A stretch of DNA of 64,000 nt from an uncultured Acidobacteriota bacterium (GCA_963843575.1 CAWJKZ010000024.1:456232-520231), one strand, 5' to 3'; counted from the first letter of the stretch, positions 53,107 through 63,637 are shown. Notes: a model not told the origin generated them from the letters alone. Translations and numbers: made by a program.

Positions 53107-54357
53107 TCAACGGGACTTCTCGACCCAGATGCGGGCCAGCTCGAGGATGGTTTCGATCGCCTTGTTCATCGCTTCCACCGACAGCCACTCCGTCGGGCCG
53201 TGGAAGTTTTTCCCCCCGGTGAACAGATTGGGTGTGGGGAGCCCCCGCTCGGTCAGGCGCGAACCGTCGGTCCCCCCACGGATCGGCACCCAGCGCGGCT
53301 CCAGCCCCGCCCGCCGCGCAGCCTCCCACAGGTAATCGAGGACGCGGCTATCCTCTCCCATGTGGTCCTTCATGTTGCGGTACTGTTCGATCACGTTCAG
53401 CTCGATGCGCGCCCCTGGGTGGAGGGGCCGCACCTCCGCGACGACCTGCTCCAGCTTCTGCCTGAGGGTTTCGAGCCCGGGCGTGTGAAAATCGCGCAGC
53501 AAGACCTTCAGCGTGGACTTGGCCTCTTCCCCTTGCAAGACGTGCGGGTGGATGTATGGCTCGTAGCCCTCGGTCGTCTCGGGAGCGATGTCCCGGGGCA
53601 TGCGCGCGATGATGTCGGCCATCGCGCGAAGCGAGTTGACCATGATCCCCTTGGCGTTTCCCGGGTGGATGTTGCGGCCGTGCACGGTGATGACCGCGAG
53701 GTTGGCGCTGAAAGTCTCCTTGTTCAGCTCGCCCGCCGTCTCGCCGTCGACCGTGTAGGCGAACTTCGCCCCGAACTCCCCGAAGTCGAAGTGCTTCGTT
53801 CCCCCGCCCACCTCTTCGTCCGGCGTGAAGGCGATCTTGATCTCCCCGTGGGGCGGGGACGCGTCGCCGAGGAACGTCTGGGCCGCGGTCATGACGATCG
53901 CGACGCCGGCCTTGTCGTCGGCGCCCAGAAGCGTCGTCCCGTCGGCCGTGACGATCGTCTTCCCCACGTTTTCGAGCAGCTCGGGGTTCTCCGACACGCG
54001 GATCACCACTTCGGGGTCACCCGGCAGGACAATGTCGCCGCCCGCGTACTCGATCACCTGCGGATTGACACCCGCCCCGCTGAACGATGGAGAAGTATCG
54101 ACGTGGGCGATCAGGCCAATGGGGGGAACCCTGCCGCGCGCCGGGTCGTCCGGCCCGAGGTTGGACGGGATCGTCGCCATGACATAGCCGTGCGCATCCA
54201 CGCGCGCGTCCGGAATCCCGAGCTCGCCGAGCTCCCGGACGAGCAGATTGAGGAGGTCGAACTGCTTAGCGGTGCTGGGATAGGTGTCCGAGTCGTCCTT
54301 CGATTGGGTGTCTATCCTGACGTATCGGAGAAAGCGCTCGAGCGCGGACTGGTTCAT
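53107..54357 (-). CDS. pepT: Peptidase T (M20B)
   Basis: ERFLRYV.IDTQS, AHVDTS, LLGADDKAG, FTPDEE, PIRGGTDG and NFHG motifs. Confidence 0.95.
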   Translation of the reverse strand: MNQSALERFLRYVRIDTQSKDDSDTYPSTAKQFDLLNLLVRELGELGIPDARVDAHGYVMATIPSNLGPDDPARGRVPPIGLIAHVDTSPSFSGAGVNPQVIEYAGGDIVLPGDPEVVIRVSENPELLENVGKTIVTADGTTLLGADDKAGVAIVMTAAQTFLGDASPPHGEIKIAFTPDEEVGGGTKHFDFGEFGAKFAYTVDGETAGELNKETFSANLAVITVHGRNIHPGNAKGIMVNSLRAMADIIARMPRDIAPETTEGYEPYIHPHVLQGEEAKSTLKVLLRDFHTPGLETLRQKLEQVVAEVRPLHPGARIELNVIEQYRNMKDHMGEDSRVLDYLWEAARRAGLEPRWVPIRGGTDGSRLTERGLPTPNLFTGGKNFHGPTEWLSVEAMNKAIETILELARIWVEKSR

Positions 54358-54432
54358 TTGAGGGCCTCGCTGTGTGCGGTGCGAAGCATTTGTATCGCGG
54401 GACCCCCCGCGGGGCAAAGCGAAATTGGCAGA

Positions 54433-54843
54433 TCAGGAAACTATTGAATACGACGTCTCCAGCTCGACGTCGCCGCGCAGCGAGTGATAGACCGAACAGT
54501 ACTTCTCGCGCGACAAGGAGAGGGCGCGGTCGATATCCGACGGGCGCAGTCCCTTTCCTGCGAGCTCCATGCGCAGGACGAATTTCGTGAAGCGGCGCGG
54601 CTCGTCCTCCGCCCGCGTCCCCTCCACCGAGACACGCAGCGCCGCGAGTCCGGCCCGCATCCTACCCAGGATGTGGACGACGTCGACAGCCATGCAGCCC
54701 GCCAGGCCGAAGGCCAGGAGTTCCATGGGCGAGCAGCCCGCGACCGCGTTCCCGTCGATCACCAGCCCGCGCCCTCCTGCCGTGCCCTGGAAAAGCAGTT
54801 CCCCTTCCCACGCGATCTCGACTGGCATCGGCTGCCCGGCCAT
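54433..54843 (-). CDS. OsmC family protein
   Basis: SPMELL..LAGC..DV and KYCSV. Confidence 0.88.
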   Translation of the reverse strand: MAGQPMPVEIAWEGELLFQGTAGGRGLVIDGNAVAGCSPMELLAFGLAGCMAVDVVHILGRMRAGLAALRVSVEGTRAEDEPRRFTKFVLRMELAGKGLRPSDIDRALSLSREKYCSVYHSLRGDVELETSYSIVS

Positions 54844-54894
54844 ATGCCCTCCCGTTCGGACGATCCTGTTCTCCCGACCTCCTCGCCGGGTCCT

Positions 54895-55989
54895 TCAGGG
54901 CTTCGGCCGCGCGGCGTCGATCCGGAACGTCTGCCGTCCGGCGCCATGCTCCCAGAACCTCTCGCTCTCGGCCGTAGCTTCGCCGATCCGGCGCCCCCGC
55001 CCCTCGGGCAGCCCGGGCTCGCTCGGCAGCTCGAAGTGCGCCCCCACCTCGAAACGCGTCGCATCGACGACCCGATACTCGTAGGGCCGGCCCGTAACTC
55101 GGTCCGACTTCTGCTCCACGAAAGTACCCGGGTTGATGTCGCAGGCCTCGAGCGATTCCGGCAGGGCTCCCTTGTTGGAGTAGTACCGCTCCGCCTGCCG
55201 GCTGATGGCCGCCAGGTCCTGGACGCGCTGACGATCCTGTGCCAGCAACCGCGCCTTCATCGGACTGCCGGCGAACCAGAACGCGACGCCCAGCACCACC
55301 ACGACCGCCGAGACGAGAGCGGCCAGGCCGAGTCTCGCTGGGCGCGCCGGGCCGGTTTCGACCGGCGGCGGCGCCTCGTCGCGCCGCAGCTCGCGGAAGT
55401 AATAGACGAACGCTCCGCCGGCCAGGAGCGCGACGGCTGCCACCTTCAGGCCGAACCGCAGCGTGATCTCGCCCTCGAGGAAGCGAAGGATCAGGGCGAT
55501 CAGGTCGACCACGACCGAAATCGAGGCCACAAACAGGGTCAGATACGCCAGCCAGCAGCGCACCGGCGAGGTCCTCTGGCCCGGGTTTCGGGCAGCTTCC
55601 CGCGCGACGACCGAGCACATGAACAGGAAAATCGGAAACGCCACGACCGTCGAGGCGATGCCGTAGCGCAACGGCACAATGGATGCCTGCGCCGTTTCGC
55701 CGGCCTGCGGCAGGAACAGGTCGATCAGGTTGAACAGGATCGAACCCAGCTGAAAGGCAGCCGTGTACAGGGTGGCGAACAGCATCAGCAGAAAGAAGGC
55801 CTCCCGGGGAGAAGTCGAAACGCGCTTCCGGGGCACCGGCAGCGGCAGGTCGCTTTCCACGTAAGCGTCGAGGGCCGCGGTAATCTCCTTCCGGGCCCAT
55901 CCCGCCTTCTGCAGGGCGCCGGTGATGTCCTCCCGGGAGACGCCCCGGGACAGCGCGTCATGTACGAAACCTGCGATGGTCTGATTCAT
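54895..55989 (-). CDS. DUF5671-like membrane protein with pilin-like C-terminal domain
   Basis: N-terminal L.KAGW helical domain; about five TM segments; GSP..R..D.QRV.DL..I..YY...LPESL. Confidence 0.65.
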   Translation of the reverse strand: MNQTIAGFVHDALSRGVSREDITGALQKAGWARKEITAALDAYVESDLPLPVPRKRVSTSPREAFFLLMLFATLYTAAFQLGSILFNLIDLFLPQAGETAQASIVPLRYGIASTVVAFPIFLFMCSVVAREAARNPGQRTSPVRCWLAYLTLFVASISVVVDLIALILRFLEGEITLRFGLKVAAVALLAGGAFVYYFRELRRDEAPPPVETGPARPARLGLAALVSAVVVVLGVAFWFAGSPMKARLLAQDRQRVQDLAAISRQAERYYSNKGALPESLEACDINPGTFVEQKSDRVTGRPYEYRVVDATRFEVGAHFELPSEPGLPEGRGRRIGEATAESERFWEHGAGRQTFRIDAARPKP

Positions 55990-56129
55990 GGGTCGCTCCA
56001 ATCCTCTCCGGCTGACGACGCTCGCGCGGGGGGGGGGTGCCGCACAACGGCCGGCGCGACGATTATACGCCCCCCTGCTCGTCTCTTTTCTGATCGAAAA
56101 GCTCCCGGACGGGGATAAGATAGCCGGCC

Positions 56130-56732
56130 ATGAACCCACGAGAAGCGATCGTGTTTGCGGCCGTCGGATTGATGGCCGGTGCCTGCGCGGCAGGTGCAGA
56201 TCTCCAGGGCAATCCTGCGCGCGGGCGACAGGTCTTCACTGAACTGAAGTGCGCCACCTGCCACCGGGTGGCCGGCGAGGGGGGCGGCACGGCTCCGGAT
56301 CTCGGGCGCCGGGAGGATCGCTCGTATACGCCCAATGCGATGGCCAGCGCGATGTGGAGCCACGTGACCGCGATGTGGCCGGCGATCGATCGGGCCGGGG
56401 TGCGCCGGCCGCAGATCACCGAACAGCAGGCCGCGGACCTGTTCGCCTGGTTTGCCGGGGAGAACCGACCGGACAAGCCCGGCGCTGCGCGGGAGGGTCG
56501 CGCCGTCTACGAGGCGAAGTTCTGCGCCCGCTGCCACGACGACTCCTACAGCGGTGCCCCGTCGCTGTCCCCTCTGGCCGGGCGCGCCGACGCCTACGCC
56601 ATGGTTGCCGGCCTCTGGCGCCACGGCGGAGGCATGCTCTCGCGTATGGTGGCTCGCAACACCGCCTGGCAGACGCTCACCCCCGAAGAAATGGGGAACA
56701 TCATCGCCTACCTGAAAGCCACCGCAAAATAA
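56130..56732 (+). CDS. Di-heme cytochrome c
   Basis: Signal peptide; CATCH and CARCH; duplicated W.H...M motif. Confidence 0.85.
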   Translation: MNPREAIVFAAVGLMAGACAAGADLQGNPARGRQVFTELKCATCHRVAGEGGGTAPDLGRREDRSYTPNAMASAMWSHVTAMWPAIDRAGVRRPQITEQQAADLFAWFAGENRPDKPGAAREGRAVYEAKFCARCHDDSYSGAPSLSPLAGRADAYAMVAGLWRHGGGMLSRMVARNTAWQTLTPEEMGNIIAYLKATAK

Positions 56733-56770
56733 GTGGGTCCGGGCTTCAGAGGCTGTCCAACGGTTGATTG

Positions 56771-56881
56771 TGGAGTGCGGCGGCTCGACGCCGCTTTGGT
56801 GGCGGCGCCTCTGGCGATTCAGGCGTCGCGCCAAGGCGCCGGGCATTCCTGCCGTAGGACGAGTGCAAGCGGCACCGAGGC
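56771..56881. repeat. REP doublet whose second copy is split by the IS
   Basis: tggagtgcggcggctcgacgccgcttt at 56771; inverted half copy aagcggcaccgaggc ends at 56881 and resumes at 59219 as gccgaggcgccgcactcca. Confidence 0.7.
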
Positions 56882-59218
56882 CTAGCGTACACGCATTTGA
56901 TTTTGGTAGACAAACGCCGACGGTCTTGCGAGACTCTCGGGGATGGAAACCCTGATTCTTTGTGGACGTCCGTTTACCCCCCAGCTGATCAAGCATCTGC
57001 AGGAGATGTTGGTTAAACAGCCGGACATCTCTCATAGCCGTCTGGCTCGTGAAGTCTGCGAACTGTTCGCTGGTATCACCCAACGGCCAGCTGTGCCTAT
57101 CCAGTGCGAAAGTTGCCTTGCACAAGCTGCACAGGCTAGCGAAAATGCAACTGCCTGAACCCCAGGCTCGCCCGCCGTCTTCGCCCCTCAAATCAAGAGT
57201 TGCCGCCCGTCGAGCGCGTCCGGGCCGCGTCGATCAGATTCAGGGACTTCGCCTGTCGTTCGGCGCTGACGATCCACTGCACGCTCTGTGGAACGACCTC
57301 ATCATAAGACAGCATCCCTGTGATCGCTGTTCTGGTGAGCACCAGATCACTCCTTATTGGCGGCCGACCTGGGTGGTTGGGTGCGATCGGACCAGCAACT
57401 CGTCTCGGCGCCCGCGACCATTAAATCATCGTCCAGCGGAATATCTGGGTTAGGCATCTGCAGGAAATCGTCGGCCTCTCCCGGTTTTTGATACGCCAGG
57501 AAGTGCGCTGCACCCAATCTCGCTTCCAAGGTGCTGAGCATGGCCTTGTCGCGCGCCTGGCTGACAACTGGCAGACGCGTTATGGTATCCAACCGCTTCT
57601 GGTGGAAACCTTTGTCGATCGTTCCCGATTCACGGGTCGTTGCTTTGCCGCTGCCAACTGGATGCGCCTGGGTTCAAGCACGGGACACGAGCCAGCTCGG
57701 CCCCGGACGCCGATAAAACCCCAAAGGACATTTGGGTCTATCGTCTCAGTTCCAATGCGCGACAAGTCCGAGCTCCCGAACCCGTGGCCCCCTGCTTCCT
57801 TGCCGGAAAGTCTCAACACGTCATTGGTGCGCGCGTGAATGGATGGCTTGGACCTGGGGATGCAGCAACAGCCGCGCTGATTGATTCTGGATGCTCGCGC
57901 TCGCAGCCCTTCGGCCAGTTTTCCCGCCAGTTTTGCAGACTGGGGGCAAGCGAAGGGTGCCTACAGCCTCATCGAACAGAAACGTTCGGAGATCAGCATG
58001 GAAAGCCTGCTGAAGCCACATAGGGAAGCCACCGTGGCCCGGATGGCCGCTGAGCCGCTGGTTTTGCTTCCCAGGACACGACCAGTCTCAACTACTCCGG
58101 ATTGCGCAAGACCAGTGGGCTTGGCCGCATCAACCACAAAGGCAGTCGTGGGCTTTCCTTCATAGTCTGCTGGCCTATCGCAGCGATGGTATTCCCCTCG
58201 GTGTGTTGGATCTGCCACGCCTGGGCCGTTCGGAAAAGCCAAGCGACGGTGGCACGCGTAACGCCAAGTCCATCGACGAGAAGGAAAGTGTGCGTTGGGT
58301 GGATGCACTGGCTGTAGCCGCTACGGCCGCCTGCCGTCTGCCCCGCTGCCGCAACTGGTAGTCATGACCGACCGCGAAGGCGATCTAGACTTGCGCCGAT
58401 TCCGTCCAGGTCGGCCCGCCCAATCTCCACTGCCTTATCCGCGCCCAGCATGACCGCAATTTGGGAGATCACCAGAAGCTCGGGGCTTGTGGAATCCCGA
58501 CCGGTAGTTGCGCCGTAGATTGAAAGTGCCTCGCCGCCGGGGGCAACCCGCGCGCTCTGCGGATGTTGCAGTCCGTTGGGCACCAGTTACGATTCAAGCG
58601 CCGGCAGTCGGTCCCAAGAAAGGCTGGCCTCCGCTCCTCTCGGCCGTCATCAAGACGCACCGCCGCGCGGGGCTGAGGGACTGGAATGGATGCTGTTGAC
58701 AGATCTTCCATCGCCACTGCCGATGAGGCGTCGAGAAAAGTCCAGTGGGTGCCGGTGCGCTGGGGCATCGAAGAATGGCACCGCGTGCTCAAGAGCGGAT
58801 GCTGTGTTGAGCAACGCGAGTTCAAAACCGACGAGCACCTCAAACGCGTGTTGGCGTTTGACCTCGTCGTCGCCTGGCGCATTTTGGCGCTGATCAAGCT
58901 CGGCCGTGCAGTACCCAATGTCCGGGCTGAATTGCTTTATGCACAGGGAGAGGAGCTCAAAGTGCTCTTCCAGGCCGTAAAAAAAAACCTCCCGGCACTC
59001 GACCAGGGTTAACACTGCAAGAGGCCAACCGCCTGGTAGCCCGGATTGGGTGGCTGGTTGGGCCGAAGGGGAGATCGGCTCCCCGGCGCCGATAGCCTTC
59101 AGCTAGTTACGCAAACTGCGGATCTTGGTCTGGGGTTGGCGTCTATCCTTGAAGTCCAAAAATCATGATCGCCCGGTGGCCGCGCTCTTTCCGTTGTCAA
59201 AATGCGTGTAACGTGCAG
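56882..59218 (+). mobile_element. IS4-family (IS50/Tn5-like) element encoding a DUF4338-fused transposase, heavily frameshifted
   Basis: IRs CTAGCGTACACGCATTTGA / rc CTGCACGTTACACGCATTTTGA; 8-bp target duplication ACCGAGGC/GCCGAGGC; LVETFVD..F.G.C..AANW (DUF4338); DREGD, LEWMLLT and RWGIEEWHRVLKSGC (IS4). Confidence 0.88.
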
Positions 59219-59237
59219 GCCGAGGCGCCGCACTCCA

Positions 59238-59351
59238 GATTACTTCAGTTCGTGCTGGATTGAACGTCAACCGTTGGACAGGCTCCTGCGCCGGCACGGC
59301 GCGCGATCCGGCGATACACGCGGCGACAGCCAGAACGCACAATCGTTTCAT
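59238..59351 (-). pseudogene. Signal-peptide-only gene stub truncated at the REP/IS junction
   Basis: MKRLCVLAVAACIAGSRAVPAQEPVQR with a GGGAGA RBS runs directly into the REP. Confidence 0.4.
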
Positions 59352-59413
59352 CGCGTCTCTCCCGTCACGTGGCCGGCAAGAAGTTCGGCGCCGCCCATGA
59401 TGCTGCCTCTTGT

Positions 59414-60682
59414 TCAGGAGACCTGGCGGATGACTCCGAGCCGACCGATGAGCAGATGCACCAGCGCGAGCGCGATCAAGTAGGCGAAGGCGCAGAAGGC
59501 GAAGATCGGTGCGAACGAGAGATTCTGCACGATCCAGCCGATGCTCCACTGCGTGACGGCCCCCACGACGGCGCCCAGCGCCCCGCCGAGATGCCCGATA
59601 CCGTCCCGACGACGCTTTTGGGGAAGACCTCGGCGGGCAGGATGATGTTTCCCCACGCTGCGTGGCCGAACATGATGGCGGTCATGATCGCGACGGCGAC
59701 CGTGGGGCTGGCGACGCGCGTATGATCATGAGGCAGAGCACGGGCATCGAAAGCGAGACCGCGAGCATCGTCCCCTTGCGCGCCCGGCTCAGCGGCCACC
59801 CCCGGGCGATGAGCCAACGCGGGATGCCGCCGCTGGCCAGGTTGCCGAGGGTGAGCGCGACGAACGGGATCCAGAGGTACACCCCCACGTCGGCGAGGTT
59901 GAAACCGCGCTCACGCTGGAAGTACTGCGGAGTCCAGAAGAACAGGAAATAGGAAATTGGATCCGTCAAGACGCGCGCCAGCACGCAGCCCCAGGTCTCC
60001 GGCATTCTCAAGAGCCGTCGGACCGGCACCCGGCCCGGCGTCTCGGACGCCGGCGCCTCGCCGGCGTCCGAAAGGATGAGGTTCTTCTCTTCGGCGGTGA
60101 TCCAGGGATGGTCTTGGGGCAGCCTGTAGAGCGCCGCCCACACGGCCACCCAGATGAAGCCGACGGCCCCGGTTGCGACGAAAGCCCAGCGCCACCCCCA
60201 GGTGAGCGCGATCCACGGCACCAGCAGGGCCGCGAAGGCCGACCCGAGAGAAGTACCGGCGTTGAAGATGCCGACCGCCAGCGCGCGCTCCTTCAGGGGA
60301 AACCACTCCGAAACGGCCTTGACGCCGCCAGGGAAGTTCGCTGGCTCGGCGATCCCCAGCATGAACCGGAAGATGGAAAAGTGCAGCGCGCTCCGCGCCA
60401 GGCCGTGCAGCATGTTGACTACCGACCACGCGGACACGAAAATCATCAGCCCCAGGCGGCTCCCAATGGAATCGACGAGCCGGCCGCCGACGGCGTACAT
60501 GATCGCGTAGCTGATCAGGAACGATGAGGTGATGCGCGATAATCCAGGCGCTGAGGCCGAGTTCGCGCTGGATCGTGTCGGCCAGCACCGACAGGGTCTG
60601 GCGGTCCAGGTAGTTGAGCTCGGTGGAGAGGCAGCAGCAGGACGATGTACCAACGCAAGTGTGGGATGCTGCGTTTTTTCAT
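59414..60682 (-). CDS. MFS transporter, ExuT hexuronate-like (frameshifted)
   Basis: LRWYI..LNYLDRQ, GRLVD.IG.R, EPANFPGG.K.V.EWFP.KERA and DPISYF.FFW.P motifs. Confidence 0.85.
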
Positions 60683-61050
60683 AGTTGCTATCCGCGAGAC
60701 CGGTAATCGCCGGATTGTTATCACGGTGCGCCGGCGGCAGGCAACGAATTAGTGGGGGGGCCGGTCAGCCCGGGGGATCCCGGGAGGCAAGGTCGGCGGG
60801 GTAGTCCGGCCCCGCCCCACAGGCTGTCAGAGAGAAACCCACGGGGGCCGCGGCGAGCCGCCGCGGCCCACTCCGACTCGGCCCGCTACCCCGAGTGGTT
60901 TGCGCGGCGGCAAATCTTCGCCGTCTCCTATGGAGCCGCCGTGGCGTTCTGCGCCTTCCTGCTCGTCGCGTGACGGACTCCGGCCCCGGGCAGACCGCAC
61001 TTCACCTCTTCCAGGTGCTTCGATAGACTTACCTGCATCGGGCATCAAGT

Positions 61051-61248
61051 CGAGGGCGGCGGCTCGACGCCGCTCTTCGTCGTGTGGCTGAGGCTGGGTA
61101 GGTTCCCCGACGGCGCCTCGGCGCCGTTGGGCCTGTGCCGGGGCCTAATGAGCCCAGTCCCGACCCGATCCGCGTCATCTCCAGGCACCCAGGCGCCGGC
61201 TGCGGCTTCAGGACAACCAGGGAACCGGCGCCGAGGCGCCGCACTCCA
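61051..61248. repeat. REP doublet (REPIN-like) with an internal partial copy
   Basis: gagggcggcggctcgacgccgctctt (61052-77) and inverted aaccggcgccgaggcgccgcactcca (61223-48); partial copy at 61111. Confidence 0.7.
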
Positions 61249-61252
61249 TGGC

Positions 61253-61735
61253 TCAGTGGTGCATCAGTCGCAACGCGAGCTGCGGCACCAAGGCCAGCAG
61301 ACCGAAGCGCAGCACGCGCCCCAGGCGCCCAGCAGCAGGAAACGCCCGAAGCGCACGCGGAAAGCTCCCGCCAGCACGGTGATCACGTAAAAAGGCGGGA
61401 TGCCGACGGCGGAGCTGAGGAACACGAGCGCCGCCGGCTTGGAGGGTGACCTTTCGAACCGCTCTCGCCAGGAGGCAATTGTCCTGCCGACTCGCTCCGT
61501 TCTGCAGTCGCAGGCCGCTTCGTCCCGCCCAATAGAGTCCGCACTTGCCGGCCATCTGCCCCGCCGTGGTGAGCAGGACCAGGTTGGCCAGGTCGAACGG
61601 CGGAGCGGGCGACGGCGGCCAGGCGACGAGCAGCAGGACCTCGCAGTTGACCCACGGGAGCAGCGCGCTGACGACCGACAGGCCGAAGCACGACAGGTAG
61701 ATGCCGGCCCCGCTCACCTCGATCCAGCCTTGCAT
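61253..61735 (-). CDS. VTT/DedA (YqaA-like) membrane protein (frameshifted)
   Basis: VSALLPWVNCE, AGQMAGK..LYWAGR, LVFLSSAVGIPPFY and GRLGRVLRF. Confidence 0.7.
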   Translation of the reverse strand: MQGWIEVSGAGIYLSCFGLSVVSALLPWVNCEVLLLVAWPPSPAPPFDLANLVLLTTAGQMAGKCGLYWAGRSGLRLQNGASRQDNCLLARAVRKVTLQAGGARVPQLRRRHPAFLRDHRAGGSFPRALRAFPAAGRLGRVLRFGLLALVPQLALRLMHH

Positions 61736-62722
61736 GGCACACCTCCGGTGCTCGCTTGCTGGGCGACGGGACCGGCGTCGAGCCGCAGCTCGGCCTCGAA
61801 CCACCAGCGCGGGCGGTACACGATCCGGACCGGCATTGCCGGCGGCGAGGCCGCCGTGCCGTAGAGGATGGAGAAGCTGTTGACCTTCCCGGTTGACAAG
61901 TTGCGCGCCTCGAAGTCGCTTTCGATGGCGTCGCGGTACGTGCGCCCGTTTACGCGCGTTTCAGGCAGCCCGCGGCTGGACGTCCGGGTCAGCTCGAACA
62001 GGCACGCGTCGTACACGTAGGTTTTTCGAGACTGCGTCGCGGCGACGGCCCCGCCCGGCTGCCGATAGGCGGCGGCGCTTTCGTCCAGCATGCTCTTGAC
62101 GGCGAACAGAAACCCGGGTTCAGTCCCCTCGGGGATGATCCTGGTCTTGGCGGGCGTGACGCGCCTCGGGCAGCGATGCGGATCAGCGCGTCGAGGTCGC
62201 GGAAGGTGAAGTCCTGCCTCAGCGGCATGCGGGTGACCACGCTGTGGGCGACGCCGCCGTTCACCCTACCGCGTATCGCCTTGAACAGGTGGGTGGCGCC
62301 GGGCTGCGTTATCCCGGCCCTCGCCTGTTCGACGGACTGCTCGTCGGCTGCGGTCATTACGTCCGAGCAGCTCGGTCGAGGTACCGGCTGTGCGCTCCGC
62401 CACGTAGCCCCACCGGTTGACACGCATCGGTGCACGGGCAGGGTCGGAGCCAATGAGCAGCTCAAGTCCGCGCCCGCCGCCGGCGTCACGGGAGGAGGCG
62501 ATGCGCGCGCCGCCGACATCTTCCCGGTTGATCCAGAACAGGAGGAGACGGACTCGGGCGGTCAGCGTGTAGCGCCACTCGTCCGTGATCCCGGTCAGCG
62601 GCAACCCGCCTTCGCGGGGGCCGCACCCGGAGCGGCCCCCGCCCGCCGGCTGCTGCGCGGCGTGCGCGGAGGAGCGGGGAGCTCAGAACCAGAAGGATAT
62701 TGGCCAAACTCTGCTTTGTCAT
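61714..62722 (-). CDS. Hypothetical exported protein (frameshifted)
   Basis: MTKQSLANILL signal; YTLTARVRLLLFWINREDVGG, LIGSDP.RAP..VNRWGY and PVRIVYRPRWWFEAEL in successive frames. Confidence 0.6.
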
Positions 62723-62739
62723 GACGTTCTCCCTGTGGC

Positions 62740-63573
62740 TCAACTGAGGCGGATGAAGAGCGCGATATAGAGCATCCAAGTGGCGGCGTACGGCGGGAGA
62801 AACTGGCGCCGACGAGTCATCCCATACCTGGAAAGGGCCGGTGAGCGATTTGAATTTGCCGGGGGTGTAATCCCGCACAAGGATCTTGAACAGTAGCTCG
62901 TTGAACATCCGCATGCTTCCAATGGCGGCCAGCAGCAGGAAAGCCAGGTTGGTCGTGTGGAACGAGGCAATCAACCCGCCGAGCGCGCCGAACGTCGGGC
63001 TCTTGAGGAACTTGATGAACGAGAATCCCTCGATCGTTCCGTCCTTGTACGCCCCGGCGATGGCTTCGGCAATTCCGATTCCGCCGCCCACGATCAGGCC
63101 CGGACCGGCGACGGGAGCGAGTGCGGCAGCAGCCGAAAGAGTTGGTAGCAGCCGTAGATGCCGCCGAGGAACCCGGCGCCCATGAGCAGGCGCACGAGCG
63201 GGTTGTGGACGACGCCAACAACCCAGTGAATCTGGGTGGGGATCCGGTAATCTTCCTGCGGCTCGACCCGCAGGAAAAGCTTCCAGAACTCGGTGATAAT
63301 CCGGGCCAGCGCGAACACGGACAGGTAGATGACAAAGGGTGTCTGGCCGTGGGCCAGGTGCAGTGCGGCCAATACCACCGTCACTGCGAGCGCAAAGGCC
63401 AGTTCCCTCAGAAACCGGCGCAGAAGGAAATTCTCATGCGGCGAGTCCTTGTAGGCTCCATACAGGGCCGCATGCAGTCCCGCCGCGAGGCCCACCAGGA
63501 TGACCAGGGCGACACCGAAGGGAGAACCGCGGTCGGTGCCGGCTTGCGCAACGACTCCGGTAGCCACAGCCAT
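62740..63573 (-). CDS. Hypothetical membrane protein with internal duplication (frameshifted)
   Basis: Two GAYKD...E.F...[RK]FL repeats; multiple TM segments. Confidence 0.6.
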
Positions 63574-63594
63574 GATTTCTTATATGATGTTATG

Positions 63595-63637
63595 GAGTGT
63601 TTTTTTGAAATCGCTACGCGATTTCAAAAAAACGCTC
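63595..63637. promoter_or_regulatory. 20-bp-arm AT-rich palindrome upstream of the operon
   Basis: GAGTGTTTTTTTGAAATCGC-TAC-GCGATTTCAAAAAAACGCTC; 19/20 complementary. Confidence 0.55.

Noticed and set aside
49464-54357. RiPP cluster (radical SAM plus OPT plus peptidase)
   Set aside because: No precursor peptide or RRE is evident; OPT-pepT is a convergent peptide uptake and catabolism unit.
56943-57800. Druantia anti-phage system
   Set aside because: The DUF4338 domain lies inside IS inverted repeats, joined to an IS4 transposase, and no DruE helicase or other dru genes are present.
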